Positions 27,103-35,257 of a stretch of DNA of 48,461 bases are shown in pieces (positions within the stretch are counted from its first letter, which is position 1; each line of letters starts with the position of its first letter). Source of the stretch: Methanomicrobiales archaeon (lineage in GTDB: Archaea; Halobacteriota; Methanomicrobia; Methanomicrobiales; JACTUA01); NCBI GenBank assembly GCA_035542895.1, contig DATKKN010000005.1, positions 1 through 48,461 on the forward strand. Reading direction: 5' to 3'. The notes beneath the pieces were generated by a model. The model was not told where the DNA came from and ran no database searches. It saw nothing but the letters and a program-made list of their open reading frames with translations. The position numbers were made by a program, and so were the translations under genes.

Positions 27103-28672
27103 CGCCTGCCTCCAGGGCCTTCATGGCCTGATGGATCCTCCGGGTGCTTTCGGGAGATCCGGACCCGCACGGGTACAGGATATCTCCCTCCATGAGCGGG
27201 AACTGCCCTTCCCCGGGATCGATCCCTGCGGTTTCCGCCGCGGTTTTCCAGCTTTCCCTGATGTGTTCGGGACCGCAGGCGAGGAAGAGATCGAGCATCG
27301 AGGGGGTTATCGTGAAAACCTTCTTCGCCATGAGTTCCTGGACCGACGAGTTCAGGAGCCGCCCCTCCAGGCGCTGTATGGCCTTCCCTTCCCCGCCTCC
27401 GGCCCGGAGATCCCTGATCTGGCGTTCCAGGCCGGTCCGGTAGTCCCGTATCCGGTCAGCAAGGGACGGATCGGTGACGTCCTCCTCCCGCAGCGGGAAG
27501 GTTCGCGTCAGCTCGCGGAGCGCCCGCCGGTGGGCGATGCCCAGGTAATAATCCGCCGATCTCCAGGCGAGGGTGACGGGTTCGTGAAAACCCATCGCCC
27601 GCGAGATTGCCCCGGCGAGTTTCCCGTACCTGAGCCCTCCACCGGTTCCCGAGATAAAGAGGCTTGTCCCGAGCCCCTCTGAAAAGATGATATTCCGGGC
27701 TACCGCGTTCGGGCTCATCCGGGGATACAGGCCATCGAGATCGATGAGCCCCGGTCCCCCGGGGAACCGGTGTTCTCTCCCGCACACGGGGCACGTGCCG
27801 CCCGGTGGAGAGGATGGAGGGGCCGCGAGACGCACCTTCCCGCCGCACTGGCACTCGTACCAGAACGGGATATCATCTTCGGTTACGGGGGCGATCCCGG
27901 GTCCCGCGTGGGCGAGCAGGGCATTGAACCGGGCGTTATATTCCCCGAGGCCGGTGAGGACCCGGGCGGATGCCTCCCTGAAAAGGCCGGCCTTCTGGAC
28001 ATCGGTATACCGGAAGAAGTGGAGGGAAAGCCCCAGGATCCCGGAACAGATCCCTGCAAAGGCAAAGGCGTTCAGATCCGAAAATGTACGGGCGCGGGAA
28101 TAGCTTGACTCGAGGATTCTGGTCAGGAGACTCATCCGGTCCCTGAATACCTCCGGGTCGATCCTGAGAATGCTCATGCTGCTCAGGTACATCGCTTCTA
28201 TTTTCCCGATTTCCGCCTGGAAACGTTCCTCCGGGGGCTTTCCGAGGGTATGAAAACATTTCCACCGGTCCCGGTCCGGGATCCTGAACCCGATGTTTTC
28301 GCTCCCCTGCTTGTTGAAGGCGGGAACCTGGTTCTGGGCCAGGTAGGACGCGGTGGAGAGGTTATAGTCCGCGAACCCGAAGGCCGCGACGGCGTCCGAC
28401 CCGAGGGAGCGGAGCTGCCTCCCGAGGAGATCGAGGAGAAAGGCCTTCTTCCAGACACCGGGATAGGGGAGAAAATTCGGCTGGTGCCCGGACTCGAGGA
28501 CGATGGTCCGCTCCGTGACCGGGTTCCCTTCCGTCTCCGGTATGCCGGCACCGGTGCTGAAGGACCGGGAAATACCAAGGATCCCTTCAAGGTTCTTCAC
28601 CTGGCGGGGATCCAGGATATGGTAATTGCTGAGACCCGGAATCAGATCGGCCATTCGCATACGGTCCGCCAT
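27092..28672 (-). CDS. BshC-like protein (putative amino-acid:aminosugar ligase) with an inserted CxC...CxxC zinc ribbon
   Basis: 'VLESGHQPNFLPYPGVWKKAFLL...AAFGFADYNL' parallels B. subtilis BshC 'VVGGQQAGLLTGPLYTIHKIISI...IFWVAGEDHDL'. 'SPNAVARNIIFSEGLGTSLFISGTGGGLRYGKL' parallels BshC '[33 protein letters not shown]'. Zinc ribbon: 'ECQCGGKVRLAAPPSSPPGGTCPVCG'. The comparison was made from memory by eye, not with an HMM. Confidence 0.6.
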   Translation of the reverse strand: MADRMRMADLIPGLSNYHILDPRQVKNLEGILGISRSFSTGAGIPETEGNPVTERTIVLESGHQPNFLPYPGVWKKAFLLDLLGRQLRSLGSDAVAAFGFADYNLSTASYLAQNQVPAFNKQGSENIGFRIPDRDRWKCFHTLGKPPEERFQAEIGKIEAMYLSSMSILRIDPEVFRDRMSLLTRILESSYSRARTFSDLNAFAFAGICSGILGLSLHFFRYTDVQKAGLFREASARVLTGLGEYNARFNALLAHAGPGIAPVTEDDIPFWYECQCGGKVRLAAPPSSPPGGTCPVCGREHRFPGGPGLIDLDGLYPRMSPNAVARNIIFSEGLGTSLFISGTGGGLRYGKLAGAISRAMGFHEPVTLAWRSADYYLGIAHRRALRELTRTFPLREEDVTDPSLADRIRDYRTGLERQIRDLRAGGGEGKAIQRLEGRLLNSSVQELMAKKVFTITPSMLDLFLACGPEHIRESWKTAAETAGIDPGEGQFPLMEGDILYPCGSGSPESTRRIHQAMKALEAGDGA

Positions 28673-28795
28673 ACCCCCGTTTTCCCGGAAAGAGGAAGAA
28701 ACATGCTATATGTCGTATGGAAATCGTCCGTCCCAGGGTCGGTCGTATCCCGGACGCGTATTCCGGCGATCATGGTTGCTCCAAAGCACCGGGCC

Positions 28796-29191
28796 CTATT
28801 TTTCGGAGCCCCGGGGTTCCCCGAGGTGTTCCCGGTTCTCAGGCAGCTGCGGGCTTCCCGCCTGCCTCCGGAAGATCTTGAGGTCAACCCACTGGCGCAA
28901 CCGGCTCCCCCGGTATCCGGCCTGGATCATCCAGGCGAGCGCGGCAAGGGCGGTCACGATGGCGATGGTGAAGAGGATATTCGTCGCCGTGACATCGATG
29001 CCGAGGAAGATATCGGCAAAGAGAACCGACGTCGTTACCGAAACGATGGAAAGGACGAGAGAGAGGGCGATGCGTTCGAACCTCCTGAGCCTGTCGCCTG
29101 TCGGGTAGAGGGCCCAGGTGAGGGCATACCCGGGGACGAAGAGAACGAGAATGTACCCCGCGATGGTTCGGAACAGGGTAACCGGGTCCAT
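28796..29191 (-). CDS. Small membrane protein corresponding to the N-terminal (TM) part of DUF1616
   Basis: 'ILVLFVPGYALTWALYP...ERIALSLVLSIVSV' matches the conserved DUF1616 N-terminus. There are three or four TM helices. ATG at 29191; GTG at 29200 is possible. Confidence 0.6.
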   Translation of the reverse strand: MDPVTLFRTIAGYILVLFVPGYALTWALYPTGDRLRRFERIALSLVLSIVSVTTSVLFADIFLGIDVTATNILFTIAIVTALAALAWMIQAGYRGSRLRQWVDLKIFRRQAGSPQLPENREHLGEPRGSEK

Positions 29192-29241
29192 AGATACCAC
29201 GATATTTTAATCCCCGGAAGGATTAATTATTCCGATTGGCC

Positions 29242-30213
29242 TCACCCGGGTATCAGGAAACCCGCGATGCAGAAGATACCCGTGAGCCCGAACATGGCGA
29301 GGGTCGCCTGGCGCTCGGTGAGGGGGAGGATCGAGGGGAGCACCCACTTCAGGGTGTACCGGTTCGGCACCTCGAGGGTCCCGTCCGGCCGTACCCTCCC
29401 GAACTTTTCGAAGGGCACCCGCTTCATGTTCAGCTTCCAGTACACCCAGAGCAGGAAGTTCACCGTGTGGGGGATGAGCATCACGAAACCGGAAACGATG
29501 AAGCCTTCCACCACGCAGGTCGCGCCGATGGCCGCTCCCACGGAGAGCGCCCCGATATTTCCCCAGAAGACCTGCGCGGGGTACTTCTCGAAGAGGAAGT
29601 ACCCGGCGAGGGCCCCCGCCAGGCAGAGGATGAAGAGCACCTTGAGGATATCCCCTGAGAACCAGGACTTTGCGAGGAGCGTGGCGAGGATCATGAGGGA
29701 GAGGCCGGGCGCGAGGCCGTTGAACCCGGAGTGCATGTTGACGAGGTTCGCAACCACCGGGACAAAGGTCGGGATCAGGAGCTGGAGGTACAGGATGTTC
29801 AGGTCGACCGGGCCGAGGAAGGGAATCAGGAGGGGAACCACCGGCACAAAGGGGATGAGCGGGTAGGAGCAGTAGTAGAGGAGGATCAGCTTGGCGGTCC
29901 TCCCGATATCGATCATGTCGTCAACAAGCCCGAACAGGGCAAAGAGCATGATGACCATGATCATCGCGTGGTTCTCGGGCCGGATGTGTTTTGAGTAAAA
30001 GAGTGAGATGATCGACATGGAGAAGAGGGCGACGAGGAGGAGGATCAGCCCCCCGTTTATGGCGACCTCGGGCCTGTCGGGTTTGTACATGTCCCGGGCA
30101 ACGAAGCCCCCCGACTTCATCGCCCGGATGCTCCGGGGCATCACGAGGAGCATGAGCCCGAAGGGCATGAGGATAAAGAACAGGAACATGAAGATAAGCG
30201 GGAGATACTCCAT
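29242..30213 (-). CDS. GT4-family polyprenyl-phosphate HexNAc-1-phosphate transferase (AglH/WecA/MraY-like)
   Basis: 'LFGLVDDMIDIG' (DDxxD) and 'VANLVNMHSGFNGLAPG' (NxxNxxDGxDGL-type) motifs in a polytopic protein. ATG at 30213; GTG at 30219 is the alternative. Confidence 0.8.
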   Translation of the reverse strand: MEYLPLIFMFLFFILMPFGLMLLVMPRSIRAMKSGGFVARDMYKPDRPEVAINGGLILLLVALFSMSIISLFYSKHIRPENHAMIMVIMLFALFGLVDDMIDIGRTAKLILLYYCSYPLIPFVPVVPLLIPFLGPVDLNILYLQLLIPTFVPVVANLVNMHSGFNGLAPGLSLMILATLLAKSWFSGDILKVLFILCLAGALAGYFLFEKYPAQVFWGNIGALSVGAAIGATCVVEGFIVSGFVMLIPHTVNFLLWVYWKLNMKRVPFEKFGRVRPDGTLEVPNRYTLKWVLPSILPLTERQATLAMFGLTGIFCIAGFLIPG

Positions 30214-30516
30214 GGGCACAATAATTTTCTATCCTGGCATATATATTTTATGATTGATGTTTTCTCGCGTGGATCGAAAATATCCATTTAAATTGCAGGA
30301 AATACAATTCCCGGTCGGGTCCACATACTGTGGAGATACTTCCCGGGGCTTGAATTGGGCAAAACCGTTTCAAAGAGGTCCAAAACGGATGAATCGCCCC
30401 GGACACCTGTATCTGAGCTGGGTGTGCAGGGAGTGCCCCGGAGCAATGTATCATGCCCGGGGCATCGGCATCGATACCTTCCCCGGGCTTAATACCTGTC
30501 ATGGCGATGATCCGGT

Positions 30517-31404
30517 ATGCTCTGGGCGGTGTTCGCCCTCCTGGGGGCAATCCTCGACGCGGGCTATTACGGGCTCGTGAAGCGGTTCCTCTCATCCCTC
30601 GCAGACGAGGTCATCGCGGCCGCGACCTTCCTCTCCTGCGCGATGATCCTCCTCGCCGTCTCCCTTGCCCGGGGGATCCCCCCGCTCGGGCCGGGCCTCC
30701 TCCCCGCGGTCCTTGCCACGGGGATCCTCAACATCGTCGCCGCCATCCTCGTGTACTATGCCCTCCGGAGGACCGACCTCTCCCTCGCCGTCCCCCTTAT
30801 CACCTTCACCCTGGTCTTCCTCATGGGGACCTCGTTCCTCGTCCTCGGCGAGCTGCCGACCGCCGCCGGGGCGGCCGGGATCCTCCTCATCGTCGCCGGC
30901 ACGATCATCATGCATGCCCCACCCGGGGGGCCGGGCCTCCTCTCCCGGGCGGGGGCCCTGGCCCGGGACCGGGGATCCCTCGCGATGATCGCCGTGGCCT
31001 TCCTCTACAGCCTGTCCCTCCCCTTTGACAAGCAGGTGGTTGTCTCCTCGGATACGACCTTCGGGTCGGTCCTCGTCGTCGCCTTCATCGGCATATTTTT
31101 CCTCGGGGTGTCCCTTGCCCGGGGGTCGTTACGGCGGGCCTCCCCGGCAGCCGCCCTCGGCGCCGGCGCGAGCCTCGGGGGCGTGCTCGCCCTTGAGGCC
31201 ATAACCATCAACCTCGCGTACACCCTCCAGATCGTCCCGTACGTCATCGCGGTGAAGCGGCTCTCCATCCTCTTTTCGGTCCTCATCGGCGTCCTCGTCT
31301 TCCGGGAAGGGGGCCCCGGGCGGAGGATCGCGGGCGCCCTCGTCATGCTCGGCGGGGTGGCCGCCATCGTCCTCTCGACCCTCCCGGGAACGTTACTATC
31401 ATGA
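30517..31404 (+). CDS. EamA/DMT-superfamily transporter
   Basis: Ten-TM profile with two EamA halves: '...YYALRRTDLSLAVPLITFTLVFLMGTSFLVLGELPT..GILLIVAG' and '...AVKRLSILFSVLIGVLVFREG..RIAGALVMLGGV'. Confidence 0.8.
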   Translation: MLWAVFALLGAILDAGYYGLVKRFLSSLADEVIAAATFLSCAMILLAVSLARGIPPLGPGLLPAVLATGILNIVAAILVYYALRRTDLSLAVPLITFTLVFLMGTSFLVLGELPTAAGAAGILLIVAGTIIMHAPPGGPGLLSRAGALARDRGSLAMIAVAFLYSLSLPFDKQVVVSSDTTFGSVLVVAFIGIFFLGVSLARGSLRRASPAAALGAGASLGGVLALEAITINLAYTLQIVPYVIAVKRLSILFSVLIGVLVFREGGPGRRIAGALVMLGGVAAIVLSTLPGTLLS

Positions 31405-31432
31405 AGGGCCCGGGCCCATAGATTCCAACGGC

Positions 31433-32818
31433 ATGGAACTGCGGCGTGACCTCACCCTCTTTGACCTGACGAACATCGTCATCGGGTCCATCGTCGGGGC
31501 AGACATCTACATCGCCTCGGCCCTCACCGCGGGGCTCGTCGGGCCCTTTGCCATCGTGGTCTGGGCCCTCGCCGCGATCTGCGCGACGGTCCTTGCCCTG
31601 GTTTTCGCCTACTGCAGCTACTACCTGCCCCTGGTAGGGGGGCCTTTTGCCTATGTCTCGGAGGCCTTCGACGACTTCTACGGCTTCATCGCCGGTTGGT
31701 CGCTCTGGATCGCCGAGATCCTCGCCCTCCCGGTCTTTGCCATCGCGTTCACCCAGTACCTCGAGTACTTCATCCCCCTGTCACCACTCCAGGAGATCCT
31801 GGTGAAGGGGGCCTTCATCACCGCCCTTACCCTGGTCAACGTGGTCGGGGTCAAAGCCGCCGGGAGGGTGAACGACCTCCTCACGATGCTGAAGCTCCTC
31901 CCCCTCTTCGCGATCGTCGCCGGCGGCCTCGCGGTCTTCGTCCTCGATCCCGCGAGGTTCATAGCCAACTACACCCCCCTTGCGCCCCTCGGGTTTGGAC
32001 ATGTCGGGGCTGCCCTCGTCCTCATCTTCTGGGCATACGCGGGCTTCGAGCTGGGGACCTTACCGGCGAGCGAGGTGAAGGACCCGAAGAATAACATCCC
32101 GAAGGCCATCATCAGGGGAATGGCCGTGGTCACCCTCTTTTACCTCTCCACGAACTTCGTGGTCTTCGGCATGGTTCCCTGGCAGGTCCTCGCCGGCTCA
32201 AAGACCCCCCTCGTCCTCGTGGGAGCGGCGCTCTTCGGGGCTGCGGGGGCCGCCTTCATGACGGTGGGCGCCCTCGTCTCGGTATCGGGCTCCGACGAGA
32301 GCGGGATCCTGGGGACCGCCCGGCTCTCCTATGCGATGGCCATCGACGGGCTCTTCCCGAAGGTCTTTGCGCGCATCCACCCCGGGTACGAGACCCCCTA
32401 CGCGGCCCTCGTCATAGAAGGGGTGATCGCCTTTCTCCTGTCCCTCATCTCGGGGATCCCGGGGCTCATCTCCTTCGCGGTCTTCAACCTGGCCTTCTCC
32501 TTTCTCCTCACCTGCCTCGCCCTCACGATCATCTCGAGAGGGAAGACCGACAGGCTCCCCGGGCAGGAGGTCCTCCCCTGGGTGGGGGTCGTCATCTGCC
32601 TCTACCTCCTCTGGTCCACGAGCCTCTTTGACAAGATCACCGGCACCCTGGTCATCCTCGCCGGAATCCCCATCTACGTGTACTTCTCCCCGAAGGCCGA
32701 CATCTACCACCTGAAGGAGCTCTTCACCTCCGAGGAGGCCATCTTCGTCCGGAGGATGGCACGGCAGCGGCGGTTCCTTGCAAACCTCCTCAGGATCATC
32801 CACAATATAGTCGGGTGA
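31433..32818 (+). CDS. APC-superfamily amino acid/polyamine permease
   Basis: The N-terminal 'LTLFDLTNIVIGSIVGADIYIASA' and 'GGPFAYVSEAFG'-type motifs, with about 12 TM helices. Confidence 0.85.
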   Translation: MELRRDLTLFDLTNIVIGSIVGADIYIASALTAGLVGPFAIVVWALAAICATVLALVFAYCSYYLPLVGGPFAYVSEAFDDFYGFIAGWSLWIAEILALPVFAIAFTQYLEYFIPLSPLQEILVKGAFITALTLVNVVGVKAAGRVNDLLTMLKLLPLFAIVAGGLAVFVLDPARFIANYTPLAPLGFGHVGAALVLIFWAYAGFELGTLPASEVKDPKNNIPKAIIRGMAVVTLFYLSTNFVVFGMVPWQVLAGSKTPLVLVGAALFGAAGAAFMTVGALVSVSGSDESGILGTARLSYAMAIDGLFPKVFARIHPGYETPYAALVIEGVIAFLLSLISGIPGLISFAVFNLAFSFLLTCLALTIISRGKTDRLPGQEVLPWVGVVICLYLLWSTSLFDKITGTLVILAGIPIYVYFSPKADIYHLKELFTSEEAIFVRRMARQRRFLANLLRIIHNIVG

Positions 32819-32936
32819 TGAGGGGTCGCGAACGGTGAGCCGTTCGCGGTCGCACCGGGTCCGATGGACCCGTCGCTCCGCATCTGGTCTTCGACCCCCC
32901 GCGCCACCTCCGTTTCGTCTCCCGAAACGATCCGGG

Positions 32937-33830
32937 TTACCGGGGGTTCTTCCCGGTCACCGTGGGGTTGTCGGGGTACATGGTCCACTCGGTGAAGGAC
33001 CCCTCGTAGAGCCTGACCCTCGGGAACTTGAGGTAGTACCTGAAGAGGCAGAACTCGTTCGTCGCCTCCCGGCCGGTCCCGCAGGAGCAGATGATGCTCT
33101 TGTCGGGGGTGATCTTCTTCTCGGCGAGAATCGCCCTGATCTGGTCCCCGGGCTTCAGGAGCTTCGCGTTCTTCGGGTCCATGAGGCTCTTCCAGGGGAG
33201 GCTCACCGCCCCCGGGATGTGGCCGGGCTTCGGCCAGGGCCCCTGCCCCTCGTACACGGGCGATGGCCGGGCATCGAGGAGGATGACGTCGGGCCGGTCC
33301 TTCGTGGCCTTCACCTCCTCGTACTCGATGATGAAGTCCTTCCTGAGCTGGACCCTGAAATCGGATTCGACCACCCTCGGGTAGACCTGCGAGAGTGGCC
33401 GGCCCTCCTGCTGCCATTTGTCAACCCCTCCGTCAAGGATATAGACCATCCGGTGCCCGTACCGGGCAAGGGTATAGGCGAGCATCGTCTGCTCGAGCCC
33501 GTCCCCGATGTAGGTGGTGCATATCGAGAGCGGCCCCGAGCTTGAGCTGACCACCACGGGGTCCCCGGGCCGGATCCCGAGCCTCCTCAGGAGGAGCTCC
33601 GCCATCTCGGGAGGGAGGAATACCCCGGGCCGGTCCCGTGAGATCCGCCAGTGGTTCTCTTCGACAAAGAGGGCGCCGGGGATGTGCCCCCGGACGTAGT
33701 CATGGATGTTCGGCTGGGAGTCGATGATCTGGAGGCCCGGGTCCTTGAGGTGCGCGGCGAGCCACTCCGTCGAGACCCACCTCACCTCGCCGTCACCGGG
33801 CGGATAGGGATACGTCTGTTCCGCGGCCAT
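32937..33830 (-). CDS. Tandem-rhodanese sulfurtransferase (thiosulfate/3-mercaptopyruvate sulfurtransferase family)
   Basis: Two rhodanese modules: 'WVSTEWLAAHL..LQIIDS...Y..GHIPGALF', and the active-site loop 'IICSCGTGREA' followed by 'YEGSFTEW'. Confidence 0.85.
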   Translation of the reverse strand: MAAEQTYPYPPGDGEVRWVSTEWLAAHLKDPGLQIIDSQPNIHDYVRGHIPGALFVEENHWRISRDRPGVFLPPEMAELLLRRLGIRPGDPVVVSSSSGPLSICTTYIGDGLEQTMLAYTLARYGHRMVYILDGGVDKWQQEGRPLSQVYPRVVESDFRVQLRKDFIIEYEEVKATKDRPDVILLDARPSPVYEGQGPWPKPGHIPGAVSLPWKSLMDPKNAKLLKPGDQIRAILAEKKITPDKSIICSCGTGREATNEFCLFRYYLKFPRVRLYEGSFTEWTMYPDNPTVTGKNPR

Positions 33831-33902
33831 GGGGAATCCTCGGGGTCCGGTAAGGACCCGGGAGAGAGATGGGGATGGGGGTTAATATGGGTTTGGGTTA
33901 CC

Positions 33903-34140
33903 GACGTTTCGTGAAACGAAATGGAGGTGGAGCGACCGCAGGTCGCGACCACGACGTTTCGTGAAACGAAATGGAGGTGGAGCGACCGCAGGTCGCGACC
34001 ACGACGTTTCGTGAAACGAAATGGAGGTGGAGCGACCGCAGGTCGCGACCGGAAGGTTTCTATGAAACCGACCCGAGCGACCGCAGGTCGCGACCAGGAG
34101 GTTTCTATGAAACCGACCCGAGCGACAGAAGGTCGCGACC
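33903..34140. repeat. Intergenic tandem repeat array: 3 x 50 bp plus 2 x 45 bp units, each carrying two short palindromes
   Basis: The core GCGACCGCAGGTCGCGACC recurs at 33932, 33982, 34032 and 34077, and as the variant GCGACAGAAGGTCGCGACC at 34122. Each core is preceded by CGTTTC-GT-GAAACG (units 1-3) or GGTTTC-TAT-GAAACC (units 4-5). The array lies between the stop of the Lon-like gene (34171) and the start of the sulfurtransferase gene (33830). Confidence 0.95.
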
Positions 34141-34170
34141 GGTCCCTGGCCGGCCACGATCTGGAGCAAC

Positions 34171-35106
34171 CTAGCCCGATGTCGTTGCAGCCTTCACGAC
34201 GTCGTCGATGGTGTCCACGTACCGGATGGGAACCCCGATTTTACTCTCGACGTAGCTCTTCGCGTCCACCGTCGTCGGGACCTGCTGGATGACGGTGAAG
34301 CCGTAGTAGTTCCGGGTCCGCTGGGTGTACTGGACGAGGTTCGCGTTTGCCCGCGGGAGCAGGAAGAGCGACTTCCCCGAGTCCTTCGCGGCCTGGGCCT
34401 TCTCCACGACCCCCCCGATTGCCCCGACGTTCCCGTCCTGGTCGATGGTCCCCGTGAGGGTCACGTCCTCCCTGAGGGGCTTCTTCTCGATGGCCGAGAT
34501 GACGAGGAGGGTCATCAGGGCGCCTGCGCTCGGCCCGTCCACTGACGGCACCTGCCCGGGCGCATTGATGGAGATGATGACGTCACTCCCGGCGAGGGAG
34601 ACCCCGGTCCGGTTCTCTGCGACATAGGTCGCGGTGTTCGCCGCGTCCTGGAAGACGACCCCCATGAGGGGCTGGGTGTCCACGAGGACGCGGCCTTCAC
34701 CCGGCTTCACCTCGGCGGTGATGTTGAGCATGACCCCGGACTGTACGACGGTGCCGCTGGCGAACGGGCGGTTCGGGTCGTACTGGACCTGCTGGAGGAC
34801 GGCCGGTCCCTGGAGGACCGCAGATCCCACCGGCCCTGTTCCTGACGGGGAGACCTTGATGAGGCCGGTCAGGTCCTGAAGCTGTTGCCGGTAGAGCCCC
34901 AGCTGGTTCTCGTACGCATTGATGGTGACGTTGTCCCGTTCGATCTGCATCGAGAGCTGAGCATTCTCGGCGGACAGGGTGCTCACCTGGCTCGAGATTT
35001 CCTGCATCTCCGGGGGGCCCAGCTCCCGGAGGGCGACATACCCGAGGAGGAAATTCGCTCCGAGGGAGAGAACGAGGATGATTCCGAGGACCTGGATCGG
35101 CTTCAT
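34171..35106 (-). CDS. Membrane-anchored Lon-type (S16) serine peptidase without an AAA+ module
   Basis: ATG at 35106 gives 'MKPIQVLGIILVLSLGANFLLGYVAL' (TM). A coiled-coil-like stretch follows. The S16 catalytic region is 'VDGPSAGALMTLLVISAI...LTGTIDQDGNVGAIGGVVEKAQAAKDSG' (Ser...Lys dyad). The 150-codon N-terminal extension in the ORF track overlaps mscL on the other strand and was rejected. Confidence 0.8.
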   Translation of the reverse strand: MKPIQVLGIILVLSLGANFLLGYVALRELGPPEMQEISSQVSTLSAENAQLSMQIERDNVTINAYENQLGLYRQQLQDLTGLIKVSPSGTGPVGSAVLQGPAVLQQVQYDPNRPFASGTVVQSGVMLNITAEVKPGEGRVLVDTQPLMGVVFQDAANTATYVAENRTGVSLAGSDVIISINAPGQVPSVDGPSAGALMTLLVISAIEKKPLREDVTLTGTIDQDGNVGAIGGVVEKAQAAKDSGKSLFLLPRANANLVQYTQRTRNYYGFTVIQQVPTTVDAKSYVESKIGVPIRYVDTIDDVVKAATTSG

Positions 35107-35257
35107 GCTCTCAGGGTGGGAAGATCGATTATATACGTTTTTTCCCGATCGGCAAAATATGAGGCCCAGCGGATGACCCACGAAAGAACGTGCCTGCCCG
35201 CTCCGTTTCGCAATGGATAAATAGGGGATTGCACTCTTTTTCCCGGGGTGTTCGAAA

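Noticed and set aside
28250-29866. 538-aa plus-strand ORF
   Set aside because: It is antisense to the BshC-like, DUF1616-N and AglH-like genes and has no recognisable domain.
33903-34140. Possible CRISPR array, suggested by GTTTC...GAAAC-type palindromes and regular spacing
   Set aside because: The sequences between the 19-nt cores are themselves repeated (identical in units 1-3 and near-identical in units 4-5), so there are no unique spacers. The period of 45-50 bp is too short, and no cas genes or leader are present. I treat it as a tandem repeat.
33921-34292. ORFs 33921..34292, 33971..34174 (plus strand) and 33882..34169 (minus strand) inside the repeat array
   Set aside because: Their repetitive peptide sequences ('MEVERPQVATTTFRETKW' x2-3) simply reflect the DNA repeat, and they lack a coding-like context.
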